NCBI GenBank assembly: GCA_041659905.1
Contig: JBAZXK010000002.1
Span: 30,723 to 94,722, forward strand
Origin: Patescibacteria group bacterium
Lineage (GTDB): Bacteria; Patescibacteriota; Kazan-3B-28; UBA10110
DNA length: 64,000 nucleotides
Reading direction: 5' to 3'
The notes beneath the pieces were generated by a model. That model saw only the letters and a program-made list of their open reading frames with translations. It was not told the DNA's origin and made no database searches. Positions 47,312 through 57,808 of the stretch are shown here, in pieces; the stretch's first letter is position 1, and each line of letters starts with the position of its first letter. Made by a program: the position numbers and the translations under genes.

Positions 47312-48683
47312 TGGCTATTTCCTTATTTTTATTCTGATATAACACAGCTATGATCCCGATAGTTAAAAATAGTATAAGCCGACCTGGTTGTAAAGTCCAA
47401 AGATAATGATCAAACAAACCCAGGATAACAATAGCGGTTACTGAACTCAGAGCCACTACCCCCAATAAACTTCGGCCCAGCTTAAACAGACTCCCACTGA
47501 CCCAGATTAGACCGCCCAACAGAACAATAAACAAAACTTCTCCTACCCAACCCAGCTCTGCTAAAACTAACAGAAAAATGTTATGGACCGGCTGATAGTC
47601 CCAGATCTGGCGGCTAAGATTATATACCCAACTCGACAACTTAGAATTATATTGCCAGCCCAATTTATTAGTATCTTGTTGAAGCAAATAAATAGTGTAT
47701 TGCCCCACGCCTACTCCTGTAAGCGGATATTTATCATAGACTAATTTAGCTTGTTGCAGCTGGTCAATCCGAGCAGTGACCGATCCCTGTTCCAAGGCAG
47801 TTTGTTCTGGATGAAATCGAGACACCAGGGCCGGATACTGGCTGAGCGCTATTACCATAACGATAGCGATTAAGCCCCCATCCCACCCTTGCCAACGCGG
47901 CCGACCTGAAATCAACCGCCAGATTATAACTACCAGGCAAGTTAGGCCGATAGCCAACCAAGCTGAACGAGAAAAACTGAACAGCAAAGCCACGCTGCCA
48001 ACTGTTAAAATCAGCCAATAAATCCATGGCCGTTTTATAGCTTTTACTACGCCAAGATAAATCAATCCCAGCCAGGGCAAAACTAAGGCCAAATAACCGC
48101 CCAAAACATTGGCATGAGGCAAGGTCCCGTGCGCCCGTAAATGTCTTACTCCGTTAATCAGCACCACTGGGATGCCGAGTTCAGCCGGTTGCAGAGGTGA
48201 TTCGCCTAAAAATTTTAAGCCGAGAGAACGATTTAGGCCATATTGGCCGATGGCAATGATTGCCTGCAAGCCAGTCCCCCAGGCCAGAGGCAATAGAATA
48301 TCGGAAAGGTTTTTTACTGCGTTAACTAAATAAATATAGAATAGATAAAATAAAGAAAAATGCGCGGCATTATTTAGCCCCACCGCCCAGTTGCCGGTGA
48401 TAGAATTACCGTAACCCACCGAAATCCACAGCCAAACGATTAGAAATGTAAGGGGCCAAAAAATTACAGCCGGTCCCGTTTTAAATTCAGTTTTCTTGGC
48501 AAAGATAAACCAAGTTAATAACACTAGGATAATTAAAATATCCGATAAATAAATACTGATGGAGGCGTATTCAAAAAATTGTCCCTGATGTTCTGCAAAT
48601 ATTAATGTATGGCGGAACTGCCACGGCAACACAAAAAAAGCCGACCACAGTAGGAATCTATTTATTTTTTGCCAAGAGATCAT
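47304..48683 (-). CDS. O-antigen ligase/polymerase (Wzy_C) family membrane protein
   Basis: RAHGTLPHANVLGG, SFSRSAW, GVGVGQY and PVHNIFLLVLAELG. Confidence 0.88.
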   Translation of the reverse strand: MISWQKINRFLLWSAFFVLPWQFRHTLIFAEHQGQFFEYASISIYLSDILIILVLLTWFIFAKKTEFKTGPAVIFWPLTFLIVWLWISVGYGNSITGNWAVGLNNAAHFSLFYLFYIYLVNAVKNLSDILLPLAWGTGLQAIIAIGQYGLNRSLGLKFLGESPLQPAELGIPVVLINGVRHLRAHGTLPHANVLGGYLALVLPWLGLIYLGVVKAIKRPWIYWLILTVGSVALLFSFSRSAWLAIGLTCLVVIIWRLISGRPRWQGWDGGLIAIVMVIALSQYPALVSRFHPEQTALEQGSVTARIDQLQQAKLVYDKYPLTGVGVGQYTIYLLQQDTNKLGWQYNSKLSSWVYNLSRQIWDYQPVHNIFLLVLAELGWVGEVLFIVLLGGLIWVSGSLFKLGRSLLGVVALSSVTAIVILGLFDHYLWTLQPGRLILFLTIGIIAVLYQNKNKEIANE

Positions 48684-49575
48684 CTAGTGCCTGTTCTATG
48701 ACGTCGCGCACTTGCGCCCGCCGATCATTAAAATGCAATTTAATTATATCTCGGTTATACAAAACACTGGGATTGGTGCCGAGCCGACGAATATTTTTAT
48801 CAATAATTCGCCGCTGTTTGGTGTAGGCCCATTCTTCGAATTGATCTCCCCATTTTCCAGATAAAATCTTTTCTATCAGCCTTCGTAGAACAGATGGTTT
48901 GAGATATTTTAAACGGCGCAGCTTCGGATTGCGCCAAGCTCCTGGCAAAACTGATTTTACCCATTGATTAGCCTGCCGCAGCGACCGATGTTCCCCATCC
49001 GGCCAAATTGGCACCAAGTCAGCTAACCAATAAGTCAAATAATAATCTTTCTCAATAGCTAGCTTATTAATATTTAAACTCCGGGTACTTAAGAAAAATT
49101 CCGGGGAAAATTTGCCCCACCTCTGGGGGCTACGGACGCGCAATTTAAACAGGTTCATCATCACCAACAAACAAGCGCGCGTAGTCCACAGCCGCTCTGG
49201 CTGAGCTACTACTAATAAATCAATATCGCTATTGGCGTGGGCATTATTATAAGCTAGCGTATTAGTAACATAAACCTGAGCTAAAAATGGCATATAGCCA
49301 AACAGCCACCGCCAATTATTTACTTTATCCCACAACCGATCGGCTAAAGCTATCCGCTCCAGGCGTTCTCCAATAGATAAATCTCCCTGCCAAACTAACT
49401 CGCCCACTCGGCTAATTTTGGGTAATTCATTAATGGCTGCCTTGAGCTCTATTTCATCAATTTCCCGCTGCCAGGCATACCGCTTTAATTCTGACAAAGT
49501 TAAAGGGAACCTAAACCAGCTAAAGAAAATTATCGGCACCAAGACTGATTTTTTTATGGCTTGGCTAACTTTCAT
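48658..49575 (-). CDS. hypothetical protein with nucleotidyltransferase-like motif
   Basis: NTLAYNNAHANSDIDLLVV resembles the GS..DxD motif. Confidence 0.7.
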   Translation of the reverse strand: MKVSQAIKKSVLVPIIFFSWFRFPLTLSELKRYAWQREIDEIELKAAINELPKISRVGELVWQGDLSIGERLERIALADRLWDKVNNWRWLFGYMPFLAQVYVTNTLAYNNAHANSDIDLLVVAQPERLWTTRACLLVMMNLFKLRVRSPQRWGKFSPEFFLSTRSLNINKLAIEKDYYLTYWLADLVPIWPDGEHRSLRQANQWVKSVLPGAWRNPKLRRLKYLKPSVLRRLIEKILSGKWGDQFEEWAYTKQRRIIDKNIRRLGTNPSVLYNRDIIKLHFNDRRAQVRDVIEQALDDLLAKNK

Positions 49576-49648
49576 CTTTAATAATTACCTTTTAGTATAC
49601 CCTACTTTATCTTACCGCTCCCCTGAAACTGTGTTACTTTAGTCTTAT

Positions 49649-50635
49649 ATGAAGAAAGTGGTTTTTAGTGGCATTCAGCCCACCGGCATTCTGCATCTCG
49701 GCAATTATTTTGGCGCCATTAAACAATGGATCGATTTGCAGAACAAAAACAAATGTTATTTTTGCATTGTAGATCTGCATGCCATTACTGTCCCTCAAGA
49801 CCAGACCAAACTACACCAACAAATATCAGACATGGCAGCAATTTATTTGGCAGCTGGGCTAGATCCTAAAAAAGTGGTTTTGTTTGTCCAGTCCCAAGTG
49901 CCTGCCCACAGCGAAGGAGCCTGGCTTCTAAATACGATCGCTTCCATGGGCGAAATGTCGCGGATGACTCAATTTAAAGAAAAACAGGAAGGCAAGCCTA
50001 ACGTATCCGTCGGATTGTTCGATTATCCTGTCTTAATGGCGGCCGATATCTTGCTGTACGACACTAACTTAGTCCCGGTGGGAGAAGATCAAAAACAACA
50101 TGTCGAACTGGCTCGGGATTTAGCTATCCGATTTAATAACCGGTTTGGCGAAACTTTTGTCATTCCAGAACCGATGTTGCCCAAATTTGGGGCTAGAATT
50201 ATGGGTTTGGATGATCCTACCGTAAAAATGAGTAAATCAGCGGCCAGTCCTAATAACTATATTGCCTTGACTGATACTCCAGAAATCGCGCGAGAAAAAA
50301 TTATGCGCGCCGTGACTGATTCTGGTTCGGAAATTAAATTCGATTCTACTAATAAACCAGCCATTTCTAATCTACTTACCATCTATACTCTCCTGACCGA
50401 TATACCCATATCTGACCTGGAAATCAAATATCAAAATAAAGGTTACGGCGAATTTAAAAAAGATTTAGCCGAAGCTGTCGCTGTTTTTCTAATTGATTTT
50501 CAAACCAAGTTGACTGCAATTAGACAAGATCCCGACAATATCAAAACGGTTTTGACAGCGGGAGCCAAAAAAGCCAAAAAAATCTCTAACAAAAAGATCG
50601 AGATCCTCCAACAAAAAATGGGTTTGGGGATCTAG
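49649..50635 (+). CDS. trpS: tryptophan--tRNA ligase
   Basis: SGIQPTG.LHLGNY, YPVLMAADIL, VPVGEDQKQH and KMSKS. Confidence 0.97.
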   Translation: MKKVVFSGIQPTGILHLGNYFGAIKQWIDLQNKNKCYFCIVDLHAITVPQDQTKLHQQISDMAAIYLAAGLDPKKVVLFVQSQVPAHSEGAWLLNTIASMGEMSRMTQFKEKQEGKPNVSVGLFDYPVLMAADILLYDTNLVPVGEDQKQHVELARDLAIRFNNRFGETFVIPEPMLPKFGARIMGLDDPTVKMSKSAASPNNYIALTDTPEIAREKIMRAVTDSGSEIKFDSTNKPAISNLLTIYTLLTDIPISDLEIKYQNKGYGEFKKDLAEAVAVFLIDFQTKLTAIRQDPDNIKTVLTAGAKKAKKISNKKIEILQQKMGLGI

Positions 50636-51309
50636 GCTTTCGCTAGCACTAATCCCCAAACATCCCGAGCGCCATTCTGGCGAAGGATTTTAGCGCACTC
50701 ATTTATAGTTGCCCCAGTAGTCACAATATCATCCACTAGCACTACGGTTTTATTGGCCAGATTTTGGCTGAGAGCAACATTAATACTAAAAGCTCCCTCA
50801 ATATTATCTCGGCGAGCCGATTTACTTAAACCAAATTGCGGCTGGGTAGATCTTTTCCGGAATAAGATTGGCAGCAAGGGCCAACCGGTTTGTTGAGCCA
50901 CTACTTCAGCGAGCAAACGCGCTTGATTAAATCCCCTGTCCCAGAGCCGTCCCCGATGCAGCGGCACCGGCACAATCACCAGACCAGTGGTAGCTGTAGT
51001 TTGGTTGATCGTCTCTACCAACCAACCACCTAAAATTTTTACCAGTGGTCGCAATCGGCGATATTTTAAACTATAAACTAATTCTTTTAATGGTGATTGC
51101 CAATAACCATACACTATTAAACGACTGGCTGCGCCGGTCGGACGACACTTACCACACACCTTAAAATCTGCCGACAAACGATGGCAATGATAACAAATCG
51201 GTGTCTTAATAATTTCGATGCGCTTTGCACAAACAGAGCAAATCCAGTCACCTTGAGCATGGCAACTAGCACACCGGGGTGGGAAAACGATGTCGAGTAG
51301 ACTTCCCAT
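50632..51309 (-). CDS. comF: ComF family protein (double zinc ribbon + PRTase)
   Basis: FPPRCASC, PVPLH...RGFNQ and VDDIVTTGAT. Confidence 0.92.
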   Translation of the reverse strand: MGSLLDIVFPPRCASCHAQGDWICSVCAKRIEIIKTPICYHCHRLSADFKVCGKCRPTGAASRLIVYGYWQSPLKELVYSLKYRRLRPLVKILGGWLVETINQTTATTGLVIVPVPLHRGRLWDRGFNQARLLAEVVAQQTGWPLLPILFRKRSTQPQFGLSKSARRDNIEGAFSINVALSQNLANKTVVLVDDIVTTGATINECAKILRQNGARDVWGLVLAKA

Positions 51310-51318
51310 AACCTTACC

Positions 51319-53301
51319 TTAAGCCACGCCGATATTAACTCCTGTGTAAAAGTATTTCAAAATTTGATCATAGGTCTGACCGGCGCTGGCCATATTATAA
51401 GCACTCCATTGCGGCATACCCACGCCATGCCCCCAGCCTTTCCCTTTTAGAATAAACGTAGGTGAATTAGCGGCTCCGAATTTCTCGACAGTAAAATTAG
51501 TACTTTTAACATAACCTGTATCAATCGAGGCTTCAAAGACAGCCGTGGTGACCGTGATGCGTTTGCCAGTGCTAGTTACCAGTGTCAGTGTGCTCAAGCG
51601 GCCGGATGGATAACGATTATCGATTACCAAATCCACGATGGTTTCACCTATCGCAGCTGCTTTAGTGAGCGGACCAGAAAAGCAATCCATCAAATATGCC
51701 TGTTCTACAGTAGCCTCCCATAAAATTGGTTTGGCATAGGGGTCAGCCACTCCCTTAAGGTACGGGGTGGCCTTCTGCGGATTACCGTTACTCCAGGCAT
51801 TTTCGACATTTTCAGTGGCTCCTCCGCTATCAGAAAAATAATACGCCGAGATAGGCTCATTATTATATGTAATGATCATGCCGGGGGTAGCAGACACAGC
51901 CACAGTGATACCGGGTTTATTTAATTCATAATTATAACCATAGTAAACTTGGTCGCGGGTATCGTCGTATAAATTAAAGATGTCGGCGCGAGGAGCTTGG
52001 AGTTTTTTGGCGGCAAATGTCCTAGCGGCAATTACTTGGGCTTTGCGAGCCTCCAGTGGCCAGGTATCCGGCACTTCCGCTAACCCCTTGAGATAGTCTT
52101 CCAATTCCACCTCGTTCACCATCCAAATATTCCCGCTCATCGCTGAGCGACGAATTGTGATAATACCACGGAATCTATTATATTGACTACTAACCTTTTC
52201 GTTGTTCACCGTCAGAATGGAACTACGCAATGGGATACACCGGATCCAGTCGCCGACATCATAGGTTACCCCATTGGCATTAATCACATACCCACCTGAC
52301 CGAGCCGTAACAGTAGCGCTAACCCCGGCTTCTGCCCGCACCACTAAAGCTTTATCGCTGCCCCGGCGAATGACCATGCCGTTATCGCTACTCACAGCGA
52401 TAGAACTGTCCGTGGAACTTAGTCCGACTAAAATCGGCTTCTGTAAGACTAATTCTTCGTTCACAGTGATTTCCCAAACTAGTCCCACATCATTCATCCA
52501 GGTAATTCCCTCTGCCACGGGCCGAAAATATTCTTTATATTTACCAATTTTATCCGGTGCTCGCACCGTAAAACTGAACCGACCGATTTCACCCGGATTA
52601 ACTATTTTATCAGCCACGGCAGCACGGTTATTACTCAACCAACTAGTTGCATAAAAATTACTAACACGATCCAGCGGCTGAGCCGTGCCTAATTTAACGG
52701 CATTATTGCCGGTCGTTGTCCAAGCGGTGTTGCCATCATTGCGCAAATCTACCCACAGCATTGCTTCTCCCCCGGGAGCCAGGGTGATATTGCCTGATTG
52801 ACTCACTAAACTTGTTTTATAAATAGCCGGAAGGATCTGGATTTCGACATAAAAATAAAATTTATCAAACCAGGTGATTCCGTCAGCCACTAAACCAAAA
52901 TATTCACGATATTTTCCAGCTGGCCCTTCAGCAGTAATGGTAAAATTGAATCTGCCCACTTCACCAGGAGCAACCGTGGTCGCTACCGAAGAAGCCATGC
53001 GGTTATCACTTAGCCAAGATGAGTGATAGAGCTTGCTTTTGCGATCTTGGGGCCGAATCGTGCCAATTTTGACAGCATGCAGGCCAGAATTTTCCCAAGT
53101 CGCTGTGCCGGTGTTCTTAATATCCACCCAGGCTTCTACGCTCTCGCCCTGCTTAACCGACATACCTTCCAGCTGATCGATCCATTTAGCCGCATACAGA
53201 TTAGCGGCTTGACCAGGAAAAGGTATGCTAAAAATTTGCGCAATTGTTAAAATTGCTCCGAGCCATCCCCCTATACCTTTAATTAGTTTGGTTTTGTTCA
53301 C
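51319..53301 (-). CDS. SpoIID/LytB domain protein with two N-terminal NBR1-like Ig domains
   Basis: VNEVELEDYLKG.AEVP, KAQVIAART, DQVY, GWGHGVGMPQ and ILKYFY. Signal peptide. Confidence 0.9.
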   Translation of the reverse strand: MNKTKLIKGIGGWLGAILTIAQIFSIPFPGQAANLYAAKWIDQLEGMSVKQGESVEAWVDIKNTGTATWENSGLHAVKIGTIRPQDRKSKLYHSSWLSDNRMASSVATTVAPGEVGRFNFTITAEGPAGKYREYFGLVADGITWFDKFYFYVEIQILPAIYKTSLVSQSGNITLAPGGEAMLWVDLRNDGNTAWTTTGNNAVKLGTAQPLDRVSNFYATSWLSNNRAAVADKIVNPGEIGRFSFTVRAPDKIGKYKEYFRPVAEGITWMNDVGLVWEITVNEELVLQKPILVGLSSTDSSIAVSSDNGMVIRRGSDKALVVRAEAGVSATVTARSGGYVINANGVTYDVGDWIRCIPLRSSILTVNNEKVSSQYNRFRGIITIRRSAMSGNIWMVNEVELEDYLKGLAEVPDTWPLEARKAQVIAARTFAAKKLQAPRADIFNLYDDTRDQVYYGYNYELNKPGITVAVSATPGMIITYNNEPISAYYFSDSGGATENVENAWSNGNPQKATPYLKGVADPYAKPILWEATVEQAYLMDCFSGPLTKAAAIGETIVDLVIDNRYPSGRLSTLTLVTSTGKRITVTTAVFEASIDTGYVKSTNFTVEKFGAANSPTFILKGKGWGHGVGMPQWSAYNMASAGQTYDQILKYFYTGVNIGVA

Positions 53302-53377
53302 GGTATAAACATTATAACATCACTGCTTAGCCAAACTGACTTCATCGGGATATAATTTAATCAGTTAAAGAGAACCG

Positions 53378-53791
53378 ATGAAACCTATGCATGTTCCCTG
53401 GCAGCCACAATCTACTTCATCATCGGAGTCCTTGGAAGATGATGATATAAATACATTTTCTGAATCCGAAGAGGTAGAGCTACCCGTCGACATTGCTCGC
53501 CAGGGAGATTATTTAATTATTCGAGCTCCTCTAGTGGGAGCCAAAAATGAAGATATAAGTATCACAGTCAATAATGATATCTTATTTATTCATAAGAATA
53601 ATTACACTCCCGAAGAAAAACTAGACAATTACTATGTGCGTGAATGCCATTGGGGCCCATTAGCCCGAGAAATCCAATTGCCAGTATCGGTTGACCCGAC
53701 TGGCGCCAAAGCTTCTTTAGCTGACGGGATTCTCAAGATTGTCCTGCCCATTATGGGCCATCGGCAAACTCGTATTATCAAAATTAGATGA
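53378..53791 (+). CDS. Hsp20/alpha-crystallin family protein
   Basis: LPVDI, ECHWGPLAREIQLP and ASLADGILKIVLP. Confidence 0.9.
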   Translation: MKPMHVPWQPQSTSSSESLEDDDINTFSESEEVELPVDIARQGDYLIIRAPLVGAKNEDISITVNNDILFIHKNNYTPEEKLDNYYVRECHWGPLAREIQLPVSVDPTGAKASLADGILKIVLPIMGHRQTRIIKIR

Positions 53792-54654
53792 AACTTGATT
53801 CCGCAAAAGTCACCAAAGGAGTGATTGCTATTGCTGGGTTTGGCACCAGATTTTTGCCCGTAACAAAAGCCACCCCCAAAGAAATGCTCCCTATTATTGA
53901 TAAGCCGATTATTCAATATATCGTTGAGGAAATGGCCGCCGCTGGAATCACTGATATTATTTTAGTGACTAATTGGCAAAAGCGTTCGGTCGAAGACCAC
54001 TTTGACCGTTCCCGAGAGATCGAAAAACATCTCGAAGAACAGAATAAGTTATCAATATTAAAAGAAATTCGCAAGATTGATAAATTGGCCAATTTTATCT
54101 ATGTCCGCCAAAAAAATGGTTATGGTAATGGGGCCCCTCTGCTAGCCGTACAAAATCTAGTTAAGAACGAACCTTTTGTGTACGCTTTTGGAGATGATTT
54201 AGTCAAATCCAAACAATCATTCTGCGCTCAGTTAATTAAGGCTTACCAGGCAAATCATTGTTCCGTAGTCGGCGTACAGGAAGTACCGCATAACGAAGCC
54301 TGTAAATACGGCATTGCCGAATTAATCCCTGGCACTGACCAAATTAATACCATCATTGAAAAGCCGACGCCCCAACAAACCAAATCCAACCTGGCAGTAT
54401 TCGGGCGTTATCTGCTGACTCCGGATATTTTCCCAGCCTTAGCCCACACCCCGACAGGCAAAGGTGGAGAACTTTGGCTGACTGACGCTTTAAGGTTAAT
54501 GCTGCAAAAAGATAAAATTATTGTCCATAAAGTTAAAGATGGCCAATGGTATACTACAGGTGATCCCTTAAATTATTTAAAAACTACTTTGGCTTATATA
54601 AACGATCAGCCGGATCTGAAACAAGAAATAATAAATTTTATTAAATCACTATGA
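53788..54654 (+). CDS. galU: UTP--glucose-1-phosphate uridylyltransferase
   Basis: AGFGTRFLPVTKATPKEMLP, EKP and GGELWLTDA. Confidence 0.92.
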   Translation: MKLDSAKVTKGVIAIAGFGTRFLPVTKATPKEMLPIIDKPIIQYIVEEMAAAGITDIILVTNWQKRSVEDHFDRSREIEKHLEEQNKLSILKEIRKIDKLANFIYVRQKNGYGNGAPLLAVQNLVKNEPFVYAFGDDLVKSKQSFCAQLIKAYQANHCSVVGVQEVPHNEACKYGIAELIPGTDQINTIIEKPTPQQTKSNLAVFGRYLLTPDIFPALAHTPTGKGGELWLTDALRLMLQKDKIIVHKVKDGQWYTTGDPLNYLKTTLAYINDQPDLKQEIINFIKSL

Positions 54655-56045
54655 ACAAAAAAATATTTAGCTACGCTGTACTCGCGTCTAGTTTGCTGCT
54701 TATTTTGGGGGCGGCTGCGTGCAGTCGCGGCGGTTCTGGCGGGAGCGGTGGCAAAGTTACTCTCGACCAAACCACTCCCATCACTTTAGAGTATGTCCGT
54801 TTGTTTGATGATAGCACTGCTTTAGACGAAATCATCGCCTCTTATCAAGAAAAACATCCGAATATTAAGATAGTTGTGCGAAAGGTCAACCTTCCAGCTG
54901 GAGAAACAATTTACGACTATCAGCAAGATATCATTAAACAGATCGCCGATGGAGCTGGCCCCGATATCTTTATGATTCATAATGACTGGCTGCCTTACCA
55001 GGTCAACCAAATCTCCCCCATGCCTAGCGGCTTAATGACACTGGAAGATTACCAGGCAAGATTTCCGCAAGTAGTGGTAGATGATTTTGTGACTAATAAC
55101 CAGATTTACGCTGTCCCCTACTATATTGATAATTTGATGCTGTATTACAACATAGATATGTTTACAGCCGCTAAAGTCAAGAAAGCCCCGCGCACTTGGC
55201 AGGAATTAGTAGAAATTGTTCCCAAATTGACTAAAAAAGATGCCAATGGAAATATTATTCAATCGGCTTTACCTTTCGGCGTAGCGGATGGCATCCCTCG
55301 CTTTGCAGAAATCTTAGCTAACCTCATCATGCAATACGGCGGCGAAATGACTAGCTCTGACCGCACTAAAGCTACTTTTGATTTACCGGTGCCAAATTCT
55401 AATCCTCCGGTTTACCCCGGCAGTGAGGCTCTCAAATTTTATACTAGTTTTGCTGACCCCCAATCTCCTCTTTATACCTACACTGATGCCAAAAATCCTG
55501 ACGGTACCCGGAAATTGCCTGAGGATGTGCAAGCTTTTATGGAACACAAAGCAGCTATGTTCATCGGTTACTCTTACCAGGTGGAATACATTAAGAAATT
55601 TATGACGACGCGGCTCAACTTCGAAACTGCTCCTCTGCCTCAATTGCGACTGGAAAACCCCATTGTAGTAGCTAATTATTGGGGTGAAACGGTTTCTAAG
55701 ACATCTAAGCACCCCAATGAAGCCTGGGATTTTATTAAATACGTCGTCACTAAATCTAGCAATTTAAACAAATTGTTCAGCGCCACTCACCATGTCCCCG
55801 CTACTAAAGAATCTGTCGATACTTACAAGGGTAGGCAATATTATGGACCAGTGGCTGAACAACTCCAACTGTGTGCCTCCTGGTATAGACAAAATTCATC
55901 GGACATCGAAAAGATATTTACCGAGATGGTTAATAACGTGTTGCATAACCGCATGGCTGCCGAAGTGGCAGTGAGTGCAGCCATTAGAGATATTAATGAT
56001 TTAAGCAGCTACCGCGCCCGGACTTCACCCGTGCCCCAACGATAA
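54651..56045 (+). CDS. extracellular solute-binding lipoprotein (family 1, sugar-like)
   Basis: Lipobox AAAC, GPDIF, YAVPY..DNLMLYYN.DMF and PRTWQEL. Confidence 0.85.
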   Translation: MNKKIFSYAVLASSLLLILGAAACSRGGSGGSGGKVTLDQTTPITLEYVRLFDDSTALDEIIASYQEKHPNIKIVVRKVNLPAGETIYDYQQDIIKQIADGAGPDIFMIHNDWLPYQVNQISPMPSGLMTLEDYQARFPQVVVDDFVTNNQIYAVPYYIDNLMLYYNIDMFTAAKVKKAPRTWQELVEIVPKLTKKDANGNIIQSALPFGVADGIPRFAEILANLIMQYGGEMTSSDRTKATFDLPVPNSNPPVYPGSEALKFYTSFADPQSPLYTYTDAKNPDGTRKLPEDVQAFMEHKAAMFIGYSYQVEYIKKFMTTRLNFETAPLPQLRLENPIVVANYWGETVSKTSKHPNEAWDFIKYVVTKSSNLNKLFSATHHVPATKESVDTYKGRQYYGPVAEQLQLCASWYRQNSSDIEKIFTEMVNNVLHNRMAAEVAVSAAIRDINDLSSYRARTSPVPQR

Positions 56046-56052
56046 AAAACCC

Positions 56053-56295
56053 ATGGACACTACCATAATTGATTTTATGAATGCCCTAAAGATGGCTGTT
56101 TGGAATTTCTTAACTGAGCAACTACTGCCCATCGGAGCAGTTTTAGCTGCGCTAGTTATCATTTGGGGGGGCTGGCTCTATATCCAAAATCGGCCTGAGG
56201 AAGGTAAAAAAACCATCGGAGCAGCTATTCTCGGCTTAATTATCATGGCGCTAGCGTTGTTGATTATCAATACTGTCATTACCTTATTCGGTTAA
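56053..56295 (+). CDS. VirB2/TrbC-like pilin
   Basis: AALVIIWGGWLYI...GKKTIGAAILGLII. Confidence 0.75.
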   Translation: MDTTIIDFMNALKMAVWNFLTEQLLPIGAVLAALVIIWGGWLYIQNRPEEGKKTIGAAILGLIIMALALLIINTVITLFG

Positions 56296-56381
56296 TCAAT
56301 CACCGTCACCTCTTGCCGAGAGCAAGATATGTCTTGTATAATTACCTTGATAGATATTTAGATATAAAAAGGAGGTATGTT

Positions 56382-56720
56382 ATGAAAAAATTTCTGTACC
56401 AAGTGGCGGGCCGCGCCGTTTTAGTTAGCACATTATTATTGGCTCCCACTCGGGTAATGGCGCAGAGTGTAGAACCGATTACTTTTGCTACCGGTTCTCT
56501 TGAGAGTATTATCACACTTCTGGCTAACTGGGCCGCTGGTATAGCTGGGGCTATCGCGGTAGCTTTTCTTATCTATGGTGGATTTGTCTATATCACCGGG
56601 GGGGAAAAAGGAGCTGAAAAAGCTAAACCTCTTATCATCAATGCTATTATTGGTTTATTCGTCATCGCTTTAGCTTTCGTGATTGTCAACACAGTGGTGG
56701 GTGCTCTCGGCGGAGAGTAA
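56382..56720 (+). CDS. VirB2/TrbC-like pilin with signal peptide
   Basis: SD AAGGAGGT before ATG 56382. AVAFLIYGGFVYITGG...AKPLIINAIIGL. Confidence 0.82.
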   Translation: MKKFLYQVAGRAVLVSTLLLAPTRVMAQSVEPITFATGSLESIITLLANWAAGIAGAIAVAFLIYGGFVYITGGEKGAEKAKPLIINAIIGLFVIALAFVIVNTVVGALGGE

Positions 56721-56744
56721 ATCTAAAGTTAACTTAAACCTATC

Positions 56745-56780
56745 AACTCACCCCTCTTATTAAGAGGGGTGAGTTATTTC
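56745..56780 (+). terminator. long hairpin between pilin and tRNA-Arg (bidirectional terminator candidate)
   Basis: AACTCACCCCTCTTA-T-TAAGAGGGGTGAGTT. Confidence 0.7.
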
Positions 56781-56792
56781 TAAATCCTTTTC

Positions 56793-56868
56793 TGGCGCGC
56801 CCGAGAGGATTTGAACCCCTGGCCTTTCGGTCCGTAGCCGAACGCTCTATCCCCTGAGCTACGGGCGC
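56793..56868 (-). tRNA. tRNA-Arg (ACG)
   Basis: GCGCCCGTAGCTCAGGGGATAGAGCG-TTCGG-CTACGGA-CCGAA...GGTTCAAATCC...GCGCCA. Confidence 0.95.
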
Positions 56869-56883
56869 ATGATATTTTCTGAA

Positions 56884-57366
56884 TTATATTTTGAGAATAC
56901 GACCCAGTTTATCTACAAAATTATCCTTATTAGTATCCGATTCCGGTAACATCTTACTGAGAGCTATCCGCAACCTGTCTTGATAATCTGCCGGTATAGT
57001 CAGGGAGATAGGCGGAAGCATGCGAGAGGTTGATAGCAAGTTTAAGTATAGCTTACCCTCGGCTTGATGAAACCAAAACAACTTTAATTGATCATAAGTA
57101 AATTTGCGCTCATTAATGGTTAGCCCGGCTGCATCTATCCGACATTTTAGCAGCTTGGGTTTCGCTCGATCTACTATAAAAATGGCTACCAACAAAATAA
57201 TTACTGTCACTCCGAACAACCATTGTTTGGCATAAATGGCATAAGCTAAGATAAATACCGCTAAAACAATAGCTATTACATACCAGCGCCAGTCTTTTTT
57301 ATACGGCACAAATTCTGTTGATTCCCATTCGATGGGCATAAAACTACCTAGTATTTGTTCATTCAT
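56884..57366 (-). CDS. conserved membrane protein with PH-like domain (DUF5673-like)
   Basis: IEWESTEF...KKDWRWY, two TM helices and GLTINERKFTYDQL. Confidence 0.75.
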   Translation of the reverse strand: MNEQILGSFMPIEWESTEFVPYKKDWRWYVIAIVLAVFILAYAIYAKQWLFGVTVIILLVAIFIVDRAKPKLLKCRIDAAGLTINERKFTYDQLKLFWFHQAEGKLYLNLLSTSRMLPPISLTIPADYQDRLRIALSKMLPESDTNKDNFVDKLGRILKI

Positions 57367-57396
57367 AAATTTAAGTTAACCACTGTTTCATTATAC

Positions 57397-57486
57397 TGGC
57401 GGAGGCGACAGGGTTCGAACCTGTGAGAGGCTCTCGCCTCAACTAGTTTTCAAGACTAGCGCCATAAACCACTCGGCCACACCTCC
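57397..57486 (-). tRNA. tRNA-Ser (TGA)
   Basis: GGAGGTGTGGCCGAGTGG...CTAGT-CTTGAAA-ACTAG, long variable arm and CCA. Confidence 0.95.
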
Positions 57487-57489
57487 CTA

Positions 57490-57747
57490 CTACAGATTAA
57501 TCAAAGAATATCTAATTATTTGTTTTAGTGACGATTTACCTTTATCTGTCTTAAAGTATCTTTCACGTCTTATGGCATCTCTCTTATCTTTGAAAGCTTC
57601 ATAAAATATAAGTTTAAACGGTCGGCGATCTTTTGTTGATCTCACTAAACCCTTTTGGTGTTCCTGAAACCGTTTCTGCAAATCAGTAGAATAACCAATA
57701 TACAATTTATTATCTTTCTGGCTTTTTAATACGTATGTGTAATACAT
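57490..57747 (-). CDS. small stand-alone GIY-YIG nuclease
   Basis: MYYTYVLKS...LYIGYSTDLQKRFQEH...YEAF...AIRRERYFKT. Confidence 0.92.
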   Translation of the reverse strand: MYYTYVLKSQKDNKLYIGYSTDLQKRFQEHQKGLVRSTKDRRPFKLIFYEAFKDKRDAIRRERYFKTDKGKSSLKQIIRYSLINL

Positions 57748-57808
57748 AAAATTACAGGCGTCCATAAACCACTCGGGTTTATGGCTCGCCATGCACCCTA
57801 GCGGTGCA

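Noticed and set aside
56313-56381. TTG-start extension of the second pilin
   Set aside because: It overlaps a TTGCCG...TATAAT promoter-like sequence. A strong SD precedes ATG 56382.
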